A stretch of DNA of 64,000 bases from positions 64,001-128,000 of the forward strand of contig JANPLU010000128.1 in assembly GCA_031422435.1 (NCBI GenBank), in the 5' to 3' direction. This document shows positions 39,590 to 49,944 of this stretch, one piece after another. Position numbers and translations under genes: made by a program. Source of the DNA: Acaryochloridaceae cyanobacterium VAR_48_metabat_390 (GTDB taxonomy: Bacteria > Cyanobacteriota > Cyanobacteriia > Thermosynechococcales > Thermosynechococcaceae). Numbering within the stretch: the first letter of the stretch is position 1; each line of letters begins with the position of its first letter. Under the pieces are notes generated by a model. The model saw only the letters and a list, made by a program, of their open reading frames with translations, was not told the origin of the DNA and did no database searches.

Positions 39590-40693
39590 ATGTTAACGAA
39601 AGTCTTGTATGCAGATATTTTCAAAAAGTCTGTAAAACTTAATCATAAAAATACATTTCTTACTAAAGCCTTGCCCTTAGCAGCAGCTGCACTTTTAGGG
39701 AACCCTAGCCTAAACGCTGCCGCGCAGACTATAGGCTTATCGTCTCAGTCCGTGTTGACCCATACGTCTGCCATTTCTACTCTGAGTGAAGGAAGTCATC
39801 AGGTGTCAGCATCTGAGTCGTGGGATACTTCGGCTACCGACTTAATGTTTTCATCCTCTGATTTGCACTCTGAAGAAGAAGTGCATTCAGCAGCGTCTGT
39901 TTCTGATTCGTTTGCTCAGTTGCCAGACCCAATACCGGACGCCGTTGGGCAGCCCCCGAGCTTAAGAACAGAGCCTACGTCCTCTGATGAGCTTCCCTTT
40001 CAAGTCAAAAAAAACCTGCTTCAGTCTTCTAGGCGGTATAGTCCGGGCATTAGCTATCTCACTCCTTCTGCCTACGGTAAATCCTTGGGGCAGTTTTCTG
40101 TAGGAGGCAGCTTTCAATCTAAGGTGCGCTTTAGATCTGAATCCGATGCGTTTTTGGGGGGAGGGTTCGGACTGGGAGATCCTCGTAAGGCGGTTGGGCT
40201 AGATGTGAGCGTTGGCATTGCCGATATCACGACCTTCAAGCGCGGCACTATTGGATTTAAGGTTCATCGTCGGCTACCTGCTCAGTTTGCGATCGCCGTT
40301 GGTATTGACAATGCCATTACGTGGGGCAGGGTTGATGGCGCAATTAGCCCCTACGGAGTAGTGAGCAAAGCGTTTCAACTCAGAGAAGATCCTCGCGCAC
40401 CCTTTAGCCAACTATATGTTTCAGCAGGCGCTGGGACGGGTCGCTATCGTTCTCAGGGTGATATTGTCAATCGTCGCGATAGCGTTGGAGTTTTTGGGAG
40501 CGTGGCCGTTCGCGTAGTTGAGCAGGTAAACTTCATTACAGAATGGTCTGGACAAGATTTGACCTTGGGCGTTTCTATCTTGCCTTTTCCCAAGATTCCC
40601 CTAGTGTTTACCCCCGCTGTGACTGATGTAACAGGAACAGCCGGAGACGGCCCACGTTTTACCATTGGTGTGGGCTATGGGTTCTCATTTTAA
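39590..40693 (+). CDS. Putative outer-membrane beta-barrel protein
   Basis: Signal-like segment, Ser-rich linker, TPSAYG, amphipathic Gly-rich strands, C-terminal GVGYGFSF. Confidence 0.7.
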   Translation: MLTKVLYADIFKKSVKLNHKNTFLTKALPLAAAALLGNPSLNAAAQTIGLSSQSVLTHTSAISTLSEGSHQVSASESWDTSATDLMFSSSDLHSEEEVHSAASVSDSFAQLPDPIPDAVGQPPSLRTEPTSSDELPFQVKKNLLQSSRRYSPGISYLTPSAYGKSLGQFSVGGSFQSKVRFRSESDAFLGGGFGLGDPRKAVGLDVSVGIADITTFKRGTIGFKVHRRLPAQFAIAVGIDNAITWGRVDGAISPYGVVSKAFQLREDPRAPFSQLYVSAGAGTGRYRSQGDIVNRRDSVGVFGSVAVRVVEQVNFITEWSGQDLTLGVSILPFPKIPLVFTPAVTDVTGTAGDGPRFTIGVGYGFSF

Positions 40694-40729
40694 TGCGATT
40701 TTTTAGTGACTGGATAAGCCATAGATCTC

Positions 40730-42355
40730 ATGGATAAGCATTTCAGACAACAGATTGTCCAGTCTATTTCCCTAGGGCTTATGCTCACGATGGGGCTTGG
40801 TGGACTGACCAAAGGGGCGATCGCTCAAGTGATTGCCCAAAGCAGTGAAAGTCCTCCACCAATCACAGAGCCTCCGCCTGGTACAGAAATTCCGCCATCC
40901 CATACACTGCCCGGATTAGAAGATACGACCAGTCCCAATCCTAGCGAGATTGTTCCGAGTAATCCCGGCAACGCGGGTACCTCAGTAAAAACGCCTACCC
41001 TGACGGGTGATCCAGCTCAAATTATTGAGCAGCTAGAAACCTATCAATCCCAGCCCTACGCCACCTATCTCGGGCTAAACTTCTACGGCGAACTGACCAA
41101 CGCCGACCAAATTTCTCATACCCTTCAGCAGCTTGCCAAAAAAACGGGGACGAATCCGGCTCTGGTTTACGTTTTGTCGACAGGCAAAGGCTTAAAGCTT
41201 GTTTTGGTTTTACCAGGAGAGACCACGGCACCGTTTCCCTCTCGTTCCTGGCTTCCTGGATTAGATTTGCGACTTGCCTCAATGCAGCCTTGGAGAATTT
41301 TGGCACAAGCCGTTCAGCCCAACAGCCCTGTACCCCCAAAGCTGATTTCCTATGAGGTGCCTAGCGCAACGTCTGCGACGCTAAAACGCACAATCAAAAC
41401 CTTTCGCAGCCAAATTAGCGATCCTCAAAAAACAAATTCCACCAGCTATCAAGCCTCTGCCCAGCAGCTTTACGCCTGGATTATTGCCCCACTCCAGTCG
41501 ACCCTAGAGGCGAGACGCATTGATACCTTAGTCTTTAGCCTAGACAAAGGGTTTAGGGCAATGCCGATTGCTGCGCTCTACGACGGTAAGCAATTTTTGG
41601 TTGAGAAATATAACCTAGCGCTGATTCCGAGCTTTAGCCTGACCGATACGCGCTTTCAAGATATCAAGAGCAGCAAAATGCTGGGCATGGGCATTTCCCA
41701 GTCCGCCGGAGGGCTGCCCGCGCTGCCTGCTGTTTCGGTGGAAGTGCCAACCTTAACTGAAAAAATTTGGCAGGGCAGTGGGTATCTTGACCAGCAGGTT
41801 ACACTAGCGCAGTTTCAGTCTTTGGCTCAGCGAGAGCAGTTTGGGATTGTTCATCTCGCAACCCATGCAGAGTTTAATCCAGGCAACCTTAACGAATCTT
41901 TCATTCAGTTTTGGGATGGAAGACTGACGCTCTCAAAGCTGCGAACCATTGCGCTGAGTCAAAAATGGAATTCAAACCCAACCCTGGAGATGTTAGTGCT
42001 GAGTGCCTGTCAAACGGCACTGGGCAGCGACCAGGCCGAGCTAGGCTTTACGGGGCTTGCGGTTCAAACTGGGGTCAAAACTGCCATTGGCAGCCTATGG
42101 TCTATTAGTGACGAAGGCACGCTGGGTTTGATGAGCGAATTTTATCGCAATCTTAAGACAGCGCCTATTCGGGCGGCGGCACTGCGAGATGCCCAGCTTA
42201 GCTTATTGAGAGGCCAGGTTAGCGTTGCCAATGGTCAGCTAAAGTTGACCGACGGATCTGAGGTTGCACTGCCCAGAGGAAGTACGCAAAACAGCGTCAA
42301 CCTTACGCACCCGTACTTCTGGGCGGCCTATACCGTTGTTGGCAATTGGAACTAA
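40730..42355 (+). CDS. Exported CHAT-domain (caspase/HetF-like) protease
   Basis: Signal peptide, Pro-rich linker, LYAWIIAP, HLATHAEF, LVLSACQTA, SLWSISD and HPYFWAAY..VGNW motifs. Confidence 0.92.
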   Translation: MDKHFRQQIVQSISLGLMLTMGLGGLTKGAIAQVIAQSSESPPPITEPPPGTEIPPSHTLPGLEDTTSPNPSEIVPSNPGNAGTSVKTPTLTGDPAQIIEQLETYQSQPYATYLGLNFYGELTNADQISHTLQQLAKKTGTNPALVYVLSTGKGLKLVLVLPGETTAPFPSRSWLPGLDLRLASMQPWRILAQAVQPNSPVPPKLISYEVPSATSATLKRTIKTFRSQISDPQKTNSTSYQASAQQLYAWIIAPLQSTLEARRIDTLVFSLDKGFRAMPIAALYDGKQFLVEKYNLALIPSFSLTDTRFQDIKSSKMLGMGISQSAGGLPALPAVSVEVPTLTEKIWQGSGYLDQQVTLAQFQSLAQREQFGIVHLATHAEFNPGNLNESFIQFWDGRLTLSKLRTIALSQKWNSNPTLEMLVLSACQTALGSDQAELGFTGLAVQTGVKTAIGSLWSISDEGTLGLMSEFYRNLKTAPIRAAALRDAQLSLLRGQVSVANGQLKLTDGSEVALPRGSTQNSVNLTHPYFWAAYTVVGNWN

Positions 42356-42370
42356 GCTGGAGCGCTAAAT

Positions 42371-43090
42371 TTAGGGACAAGACTGGAGGCTAAGCCGAGT
42401 TTCTTTTACAAGATCGCACCAGTCACGACTGAGCTGTAAATCTTGAGGCTGTTCTTGTCGCCGAACCGCTAAGTCATGGATGGCATCGTACCAAAATCCT
42501 TCCTCTGCATAGGCATCATAAAGATTTGCTCGATCAATTTTGTTTTGTAAGGACGCAGGATATGCCGTGCGCGTTATGACGCCTTGAATGCTCAGTTGCG
42601 ATCCATCTGCGCTGTCGTCGTCGGGGTCTGATGTTTTAGAGCAAAGCAGCGTCACCCGCCAAAGATATTCTTGGCCTACCTCCAGTGCTGTAAGTTCTCC
42701 ATTGTCGGGAAAGGTAAAGCTGTCAAGAGGATTGTCTGCTGCTAATTGCAGTGTTTTGCTGTACAAGGGTATCGCTTCAGGGGCTGAATTTTGACTAGGG
42801 TACAAGTCAATCCGCGCCCATGCAAATCTGTGATTGTTAAGATACCAGTAAATCGTCGGATACGCTGCGATTGTCTGTCCGTAGTTAGACGTAGGCAAGA
42901 TTGGCTCAAAGGCAAACTGCTCTGTCATGCAGCTAGAGCGAGTTGCGCCCCCTTGACGACCTTGAGGGCGCTGTATGTTTTGAGGCGGGCGATACCGAGT
43001 GGCAAAACTTGGCAAGATGGCGCAGGTTATTTCTAGAACCGCAAAAGCTGCCGCTGCTATTTTGAGCAGGCCATTGTTAGGGATCATCAT
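42371..43090 (-). CDS. DUF928-domain exported protein
   Basis: GGATRSSC, GQT..YPTIYWY, LEVGQEYLW and YAEEGFWYDA motifs. Confidence 0.88.
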   Translation of the reverse strand: MMIPNNGLLKIAAAAFAVLEITCAILPSFATRYRPPQNIQRPQGRQGGATRSSCMTEQFAFEPILPTSNYGQTIAAYPTIYWYLNNHRFAWARIDLYPSQNSAPEAIPLYSKTLQLAADNPLDSFTFPDNGELTALEVGQEYLWRVTLLCSKTSDPDDDSADGSQLSIQGVITRTAYPASLQNKIDRANLYDAYAEEGFWYDAIHDLAVRRQEQPQDLQLSRDWCDLVKETRLSLQSCP

Positions 43091-43174
43091 TTTGGATCAT
43101 TCCTTTCGACCCTTGTGTCAAAGCGCATGATGAGCCGAAGCAGGCGTTTACGGAGTTATGGACGTGGCGATCGC

Positions 43175-43672
43175 CTACATTGTGCCGCTGCTGCTCAAAA
43201 ATTCTTTCGTGACATTCTCTAACAAACCACTACAGGCATCCAGCAGCAGATCGATCACGTGATCAAAGCCATCCGTGCCACCGTAGTAGGGATCGGGGAC
43301 TTCGGTTTCTGGCGATCGCCGACAAAAGTCGCACATGAGACGAACTTTGCTGCGATCGCTTCCAGTCCGCTCACGCGCTAAAAGCGTGCGGTAGTTCTCG
43401 TCATCCATTGCCAGAATGAGATCAAACTGCTCAAAGTCCGCTGGCTCTACTTTACGGCTGTGGCCTGTGAGGGCAATACCCTGGCGATAAGCTGCTGCCG
43501 TCATGCGGGGGTCAGGGGGTTCGTTGATGTGGTAGCCGCTGGTGCCTGCGGAATCACAGATAATCTGCCCTTCTAAGCCTGCCTGCTGAATCAAGTGGTT
43601 CATGATGCCTTCGGCGGAGGGTGATCGACAGATATTACCCAAACACACAAACAAAAGCTTAACCGTCGCCAT
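43175..43672 (-). CDS. Low-molecular-weight protein-tyrosine phosphatase
   Basis: FVCLGNICRS P-loop, DSAGT and PDPYYG motifs. Confidence 0.96.
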   Translation of the reverse strand: MATVKLLFVCLGNICRSPSAEGIMNHLIQQAGLEGQIICDSAGTSGYHINEPPDPRMTAAAYRQGIALTGHSRKVEPADFEQFDLILAMDDENYRTLLARERTGSDRSKVRLMCDFCRRSPETEVPDPYYGGTDGFDHVIDLLLDACSGLLENVTKEFLSSSGTM

Positions 43673-43693
43673 CTTTATTACTAGCCTAATTTT

Positions 43694-45190
43694 TTAGACA
43701 TTCGCTTCAAAAATTTGGGGCACAAAGCACCCATGTAAACCATAGGGGACATGATGGGTCAAATGTAAGCGGGCGATGGGGCCTTTTTCAAGAGCCTGAT
43801 TATCTAAGATGGCAACATCGGTACGGTGATGGGCAGAATCGTAGAGCAAGGCAAGGATCCAACCCGCATCTTCAGCCGTGCCCTGGGGTTTTGCCACAAA
43901 CAGCGGCTCGCTCATAAAGCCGTTGGGTGCAGCACTCCAAATCGTTTGAGCGCGTGAGTTAAGGTCTAACTTCATAATGGACTGAAGCGGGGCGTTGCCC
44001 ATAGGTTCGTGGGTGGTGCCTATGGTTACAAATTGGTAAGGACGGCCTGCGTTTTTCGGGTTGAGGGTAGGGAACTCGCAGCAGCGGGTCGTAATGACCT
44101 CACGCTCAACGGTTTTAGCACTGAGGTTGATCCGAAAGCGCCAGAATTGACCTTCGGGAAGCGTCGTGAAATCAACGTCTCGAAAGTTTTGGTCGGGGTC
44201 AACAGTCGGAAAATTCTCGTAGCAAATGGAGTCAATGAAGAGGGTGTCGCCGTCTTCGTAGGCATTGGCGTGGTGGAAGACAAAGCAGGAGGCGGTCTCA
44301 AAGGTTTGCACCTTCCCTTCGCCACGGGGCATCACCCAAACCCGCGTGGGCTGGTCGGCTTTGAAGTCTATGCACTGGCCTGCACCGCGAAACCCAAACA
44401 CAAACGGGAAAGGATTGAGGGTGACAGGGTTTTGGAAAAAGATGTAGTAGTGGGGGGTAATGACAAAATCATGAATAAAGGCAAAACCAGGAATGTTGAA
44501 GGTTTTTTGCTGGATTAGATTGCCCTTAAGGTTTAGCTCATGCACCGTCACCTCGGTCGATAGCCCCGTTTTGAGAGAGAAATTGACCAGAACGGGGTCT
44601 TGTCCGGCGACCCCTGGATCGATGCGAGGGTGAGCAGACCAGGAATCGCTGGGCTTAAGGATATCGCCGACGGTGCTGGTGCCGAGGGTTTCTAGGGTGG
44701 CGGGGTCTAGGGCATGGGGCAGTCCGGCTTCCCAGAGGGCAAGAAGGCGATCGCCCCAATACACCACATTGGTATTTGCAATGTTCTTCACCTTCAGGTC
44801 AAACAGATTTGCCAGCCAGCCACCGGGTTTCTGGGTACCAAACACCCCACGATACAAAATCTTGCCCGCCGCTGATTCGGCTAAAAAGCCCTCGGTGCGG
44901 ACGTAGCGATTGCGGAAGGTGGCCTTGCCATTCTTAAACGTAATGGCGCAGACCATGCCATCCCCATCAAAGGGATGCTGGAGTGGCGTGCCGTTAATGT
45001 CGAGTTTGCCTGGGCCATTGCGAAACAGCGTCCCCTCTAAATCAGCAGGGATTTCCCCTTCAATATTTTCGATAGCGTAGCTGTGCTCTGTATTAAGAGA
45101 TTCATAGCCCCGCTGCCAGTCCGTCACGCGATAGGAAGCAGCGGCAGCCGTTGGACGAGTATCAATAGAAGTCATGGGGTTAACGCTCAA
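43694..45190 (-). CDS. Carotenoid/apocarotenoid cleavage oxygenase
   Basis: FRNGPG and HPFDGDG; four Fe-binding His in SAHP, FIHDF, FHHAN and GLHG. Confidence 0.94.
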   Translation of the reverse strand: MSVNPMTSIDTRPTAAAASYRVTDWQRGYESLNTEHSYAIENIEGEIPADLEGTLFRNGPGKLDINGTPLQHPFDGDGMVCAITFKNGKATFRNRYVRTEGFLAESAAGKILYRGVFGTQKPGGWLANLFDLKVKNIANTNVVYWGDRLLALWEAGLPHALDPATLETLGTSTVGDILKPSDSWSAHPRIDPGVAGQDPVLVNFSLKTGLSTEVTVHELNLKGNLIQQKTFNIPGFAFIHDFVITPHYYIFFQNPVTLNPFPFVFGFRGAGQCIDFKADQPTRVWVMPRGEGKVQTFETASCFVFHHANAYEDGDTLFIDSICYENFPTVDPDQNFRDVDFTTLPEGQFWRFRINLSAKTVEREVITTRCCEFPTLNPKNAGRPYQFVTIGTTHEPMGNAPLQSIMKLDLNSRAQTIWSAAPNGFMSEPLFVAKPQGTAEDAGWILALLYDSAHHRTDVAILDNQALEKGPIARLHLTHHVPYGLHGCFVPQIFEANV

Positions 45191-45205
45191 AGAGGATTGA
45201 TGAAT

Positions 45206-46617
45206 TTAGGGTGCTGTATCTGAGACAAGGCGAATGTGGGCTTCTAATTCTGCTTCCGCCAGCAGCACTTCAGAAGAAACGCTGAAGTCATGAACAGCTA
45301 CGGACTGATCCGCATCAGAACTGCCGTTAGGAACCCAGTGCAGCATCGGTAAAGGCAAAAGCGTTGCCAGATTTGTAATCAGCACCAACTGCCAAAGGTT
45401 TTCAAAATGGGTGTCCGTTACGCCTAGCCAGTGCGTCAACAGCGCACCAGACTCATGGGATAAAATTCCGGCGAGGTTGCAGATAGACATCAAAATGGCA
45501 AACATGGTCGCCTCAACCCCTGGAGGACAAAGCTGCGCTGCCAAAATTAAGACGGGCATAAACGCAATTTGCCCCATCACCGTCAAAATCAAGCTATCGC
45601 CCAAGCTGAACCACTGGTCGGCAATGCCTAGCGCGCGGTTGGCGTGGGTCACTAAAATTAGGCTCGTTAGACCCAGCACGACAGAAATTACGGTACTCCA
45701 TAGAAAAATCTGACGTAGGGGCACCGCCTTGAGAAATCGCTGAAACGTCCAAACGCCCAGGAGCGAGGCAATACTTGTCACTAGCCGCACGCGCCCTAAA
45801 AACTCTGGGCCAAACCCGAGATCGTTGGTGGTAAAGAAGAAAAAGGCAGAATCTGAGCTAGGCGTTGCCTGCCATAAAAACACAAACAAAACGGGCAGCC
45901 AGATGGTTTTTTGGCTAATTGCCACTCTAATTTTCTGGAGCTGTGCCTTTGCTGCTCCAAAGTCTTGAGGCATGGCAATCTTGGCATCCTGAATCAGGGT
46001 TGCCGTAATCAATACCAGCAGCGGAAAGCTCGCCGTAATTAAAAAGATATTGCGGATACTCAGATGCTCTAGCAAAAAGCCGCTGAGATACGCCGTTACC
46101 AATCCCCCCAGCGCTGTCGTTGCCCAGCACAGTGCCTGAAGCGAGCCTGTGTCGGCTTGAGACTCGTCTCGGATCCGCTCCACCACAATGGAATCGACGA
46201 TCACGTCACTTACGGCGATCGCCAAGGAACACAGCGTAATGGTAACGGTTGCGGCAAGCGCAGAATGCACCACCGTCCCCATTGCGGCCCAGGCACCACA
46301 GCCCAGAATGCTGGAGATGAGAAGGTAGGAGCGACGACGATAGCCAAAAATCGGCAGGCTGTCAGACAAAAAGCCAAAGACAGGCTTAATCACCCACGGT
46401 AGAGACACCACACCCATCATGGCGGCAACCTCAGCGGGGGAAAGCCCCAGCTCATCCTTTAAGAAAAAGCTGGTGGCAAGACGCGCTAAGCCTAAAATGC
46501 CCTGGACAAAGTAAACCACCAAAATGGCAAATAGCTCCCAGCTTGGTTCTTGACCAAAAAGGAGCGTTACTTGAGGGTCACTTTGAGCCGAGGTAAGTCT
46601 GGTGCAAATGCAGCCAT
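45206..46617 (-). CDS. Folate/biopterin MFS transporter (BT1 family), with an apparent 1-nt frameshift near 46570
   Basis: FFLKD, PWVIKP, GYRRRSY and LCPPGVEAT motifs; the conserved LFGQEPSWEL lies in frame upstream of TTG 46522, but the only nearby ATG (46617) is out of frame. Confidence 0.88.
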
Positions 46618-46681
46618 TATTGAGGATCGTTAATAAATATCAACTTTCTTATCATACCCCTGTCGCTAGATGGGGTGGTGA

Positions 46682-48088
46682 TTATGGCAACCATTGAGGT
46701 TCAGTGCCCACTGCAATTACTTTAGGATTGGGCTGAGCGTCTGCCAGGGGCAAAGCCCAAATGTTGGCCTGTGTGGGCGAAGCGCCAGAAGCGGCAGCGG
46801 TGCCTTGGTCAAACAAAAGCTGAGAGCCGTCGGGGGCAAGGCTGAGGGTGACGTTGCGCTGAATAGGTAGGGTGAGGAGTTCGCTGGGCTGGCCTGTTTT
46901 TAGGTCAATTTTGGCGATGAAGGGCTGCTCTTGGTAGTCTTTGCCTGTGACCAGTCGCGTGAGCAGGCAGTACAGTGCATCCCGCTGGGCGGTAAAGCTG
47001 GTGCTGAGGATAGAACCACTGGTGCGGAGCAGTTCTCTCGGGTTCCCTTGATTGTTGACGAGAAAGAGGGAGCGGGTGTAGTCTGTATTAAATTTCACCA
47101 TGGTGGCGGCAGAGCCATCTCTGGCAAAGTTCAGCACCATGCCAAACTGCGGCAAAAAGTCGAGGGGCTGGTCGGAGGTCGACTGCGACTGCTTTTCGAG
47201 GGGCACTAAGGCTAAGCCTTTGCCTTGTGCTGCCACTAAGGTTTCGCTGTCGGGCGCAATTAAAAAGTCGCCCGCATTGGCAATCTGAATCTTCTCAGGT
47301 TTATCAGTGCCGCGAATTTGCCACAGCCCAGTCTCGCTGGCGTTTTGGCGCGCAGAGCGCTGCACGACGATGCGATCGCCATTGGCAGACAAATCAAACT
47401 TTAAAATCTGATAGTCCTGGTTATCCAACACCAAATCCACTTGCCCTATCGCTGTATCCGCCAGTCCGGTAGTGGCTTTGTAGAGCCTTGCATTCAGTTC
47501 GCTAGGGTTTGCGGCGCTGCGTTCTGATGCGGTGAACAGAAGGCGATCGCCCTTAGGATACGCCTTGAAATGCTGCACCAACAGGTTGGCAGGCGTTAAA
47601 ACCTGTTTTTGATTCTGGGTGAGATTGTAGAGAATAATCCGTCCAGCCTCATCCCCATTGATACCTAAGTAAGCAAAAGCCAGATCTCGGCTTTTGAACT
47701 GGGTACTAAAAGGCATTGCGGTACCGCCAGAGGCCGCTGTTGCGCCATCGAGCTTAAGCTGAAACGACTTGCCGTAAGCAATGGGCTGGGTCAGCGTATA
47801 GGCCAAGCGCCGCCCCGACCAGCTCGTTTTGCCTGGTAAATCTGGCGAAATCTGAATCTGTTTGGCGACGCTCTGCCAGTTCATTGCGCGATTAAAGGTC
47901 AAGGTAAAGGCGATATCTTCCGCGCCGACAGACTCCTGCGCCCAGCTAAAGTTGCGGACTTGAGGCTGGGTACGATCGCCCCAGATCAGTAGCACCCCTA
48001 AGACTAGCCACAGCAAAGCAATTAGGCCAACCACAAGACGATCCAAAGGATGCGCTAAAACCGGAAAGCGTTTAAGAAATCCTTTCAT
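46682..48088 (-). CDS. Membrane-anchored Ig-like plus beta-propeller protein
   Basis: N-terminal TM helix, LTFNRAM..SWSGRRL Ig-like domain, TolB-like blades (APDG), ends PQWLP. Confidence 0.75.
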   Translation of the reverse strand: MKGFLKRFPVLAHPLDRLVVGLIALLWLVLGVLLIWGDRTQPQVRNFSWAQESVGAEDIAFTLTFNRAMNWQSVAKQIQISPDLPGKTSWSGRRLAYTLTQPIAYGKSFQLKLDGATAASGGTAMPFSTQFKSRDLAFAYLGINGDEAGRIILYNLTQNQKQVLTPANLLVQHFKAYPKGDRLLFTASERSAANPSELNARLYKATTGLADTAIGQVDLVLDNQDYQILKFDLSANGDRIVVQRSARQNASETGLWQIRGTDKPEKIQIANAGDFLIAPDSETLVAAQGKGLALVPLEKQSQSTSDQPLDFLPQFGMVLNFARDGSAATMVKFNTDYTRSLFLVNNQGNPRELLRTSGSILSTSFTAQRDALYCLLTRLVTGKDYQEQPFIAKIDLKTGQPSELLTLPIQRNVTLSLAPDGSQLLFDQGTAAASGASPTQANIWALPLADAQPNPKVIAVGTEPQWLP

Positions 48089-48133
48089 GGAGCATCCTTC
48101 AGCGTAAGAGAGACAAAGCAGAATATTTTCAGC

Positions 48134-48910
48134 CTACATCCCCATAATGGAGTAGCCAGAATCGACGTACAGGATTTGACCCGTGATGCCGCTAGCGAGG
48201 TCGCTGCACAAGAACGCCGCCGCATTGCCCACTTCGGTCTGCGTCACGGTACGACGCAGGGGCGCAATTTCTTCGACGTGGTGAATCATATCTAAGATTC
48301 CACCCACTGCCGAAGATGCCAGGGTGCGGATGGGACCCGCAGAAATGGCGTTTACCCTCACATTCTGAGGGCCAAGCTCAGCCGCAAGGTAGCGAACGTT
48401 CATCTCTAGAGCAGCTTTGGCAACGCCCATGACGTTGTAGTTGGGTATAACCCGTGCGCCGCCCAGATAGGTGAGGGTAACAATGCTGCCGCCTTCGGTC
48501 ATGAGGGGTTTAGCCGCTCCGCTAAAGCTAATGAGAGAGTGAGCGCTAATATCAAGGGCTAGGTTAAAGTTTTCGACTTTGGTATTGCTAAAGTCGCCAC
48601 TCAGGTCTTCTTTGCTGGCAAAGGCCAAACAGTGAATCAAAATATCGAGCTTGCCCCACTGCTCTTTAATGGCTGCAAAGGTCGCTTCAACCTGAGACGC
48701 ATCCTGGACGTTGCACGGCAAAAATAAGCTGGGGTTGAGCGGCTCTACCAAGGACTTTACCTTGTCTTCCATTCGTCCCCGCTCATCGGGGAGGTACGTA
48801 ATGCCTAGGTTTGCGCCAGCGGCGTGGAGCTGTTGGGCAATGCCCCAAGCAATGGAGCGGTTGTTGGCAATTCCCGTGACAAGGGCATTTTTTCCGTGTA
48901 GGTCGAGCAT
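48134..48910 (-). CDS. fabI: Enoyl-ACP reductase
   Basis: GIANNRSIAWGIA, YNVMGVAK and SAGPIRTLA motifs; start set at MLDLHGK. Confidence 0.98.
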   Translation of the reverse strand: MLDLHGKNALVTGIANNRSIAWGIAQQLHAAGANLGITYLPDERGRMEDKVKSLVEPLNPSLFLPCNVQDASQVEATFAAIKEQWGKLDILIHCLAFASKEDLSGDFSNTKVENFNLALDISAHSLISFSGAAKPLMTEGGSIVTLTYLGGARVIPNYNVMGVAKAALEMNVRYLAAELGPQNVRVNAISAGPIRTLASSAVGGILDMIHHVEEIAPLRRTVTQTEVGNAAAFLCSDLASGITGQILYVDSGYSIMGM

Positions 48911-49081
48911 AGGCTTGGTTAAGAGTCTTGATTTACGGTTCAATCATTGCTTTCCTATTCTTGCAGCTTATGGAGTTTTCGTTAGCCTGGGTTCAGCCAG
49001 CGTGAGGACAGAGCTTGACCAAATCAACGCTTATGGATTTATCCGTTATCTGTACAGATAGGTTCGATATATTTGTAGAAT

Positions 49082-49095
49082 GTATTTTTTAATAC
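49082..49095. promoter_or_regulatory. NtcA-binding site in the fabI-ntcA intergenic region
   Basis: tGTA-TTTTTTAA-TACa, an exact GTA-N8-TAC match. Confidence 0.75.
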
Positions 49096-49257
49096 AAACG
49101 CGATATCTTGAGTTCGATTAAGTGAGTTAGAGTATCTACTATTCAAGTGCTGACCAAGAGAGCTTTATCTCAATTCTGCGAGGGAATGGGTGCGATTTAG
49201 GTCATTTCATCATGAACGGACGAGGCTTATTATTTATACCGTGATCAGGTCAAATCT

Positions 49258-49929
49258 ATGGTTGTGACGCAGGATAACCCCTTAGAAGCAGTGTTTCGTC
49301 AGATTAACGCTGGGGTTTTTCCGCCGATGGTTGAGACTTTTGAGCGCGGTAAAACAATCTTTTTTCCTGGAGATCCCGCAGAGCGGGTTTATTTTTTAAT
49401 TAAAGGTGCCGTAAAGCTCTCCCGCGTTTACGAAGCAGGAGAAGAAATTACGGTGGCGCTGCTGCGCGAGAACAGCGTCTTTGGGGTGCTGTCGCTGCTG
49501 ACTAAAAATCGCTCAGATCGGTTTTATCATGCGGTAGCCTTTACCCCTGTGGAGTTGCTTTCTGTGCCGATCGAGCAGGTCGAAAAGGCAATGAAGGAAG
49601 ATTCGGATTTGCCGATGGTGCTGCTGCGAGGGCTATCGTCTCGCATTCTGCAAACAGAGATGATGATTGAGACCTTAGCGCACCGAGATATGGGTTCTCG
49701 TTTGGTCAGCTTTATTTTAATTCTATGCCGCGACTTTGGGGCGCAAAGCGGCAACGGCATTACGATTGACCTGAAGCTGTCTCATCAGGCGATCGCAGAG
49801 GCGATCGGCTCCACCCGCGTAACCGTCACCCGTCTGCTGGGTGAACTGCGCGATCAGGGCATGATTTCAATTAACAAGAAAAAAATTACGGTACATAACC
49901 CGATTTTGTTAGGACAGAAGTTTGCATAG
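49258..49929 (+). CDS. ntcA: Global nitrogen regulator NtcA
   Basis: [30 protein letters not shown] and [13 protein letters not shown] motifs. Confidence 0.99.
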   Translation: MVVTQDNPLEAVFRQINAGVFPPMVETFERGKTIFFPGDPAERVYFLIKGAVKLSRVYEAGEEITVALLRENSVFGVLSLLTKNRSDRFYHAVAFTPVELLSVPIEQVEKAMKEDSDLPMVLLRGLSSRILQTEMMIETLAHRDMGSRLVSFILILCRDFGAQSGNGITIDLKLSHQAIAEAIGSTRVTVTRLLGELRDQGMISINKKKITVHNPILLGQKFA

Positions 49930-49944
49930 ATACGGTGAATTGCC

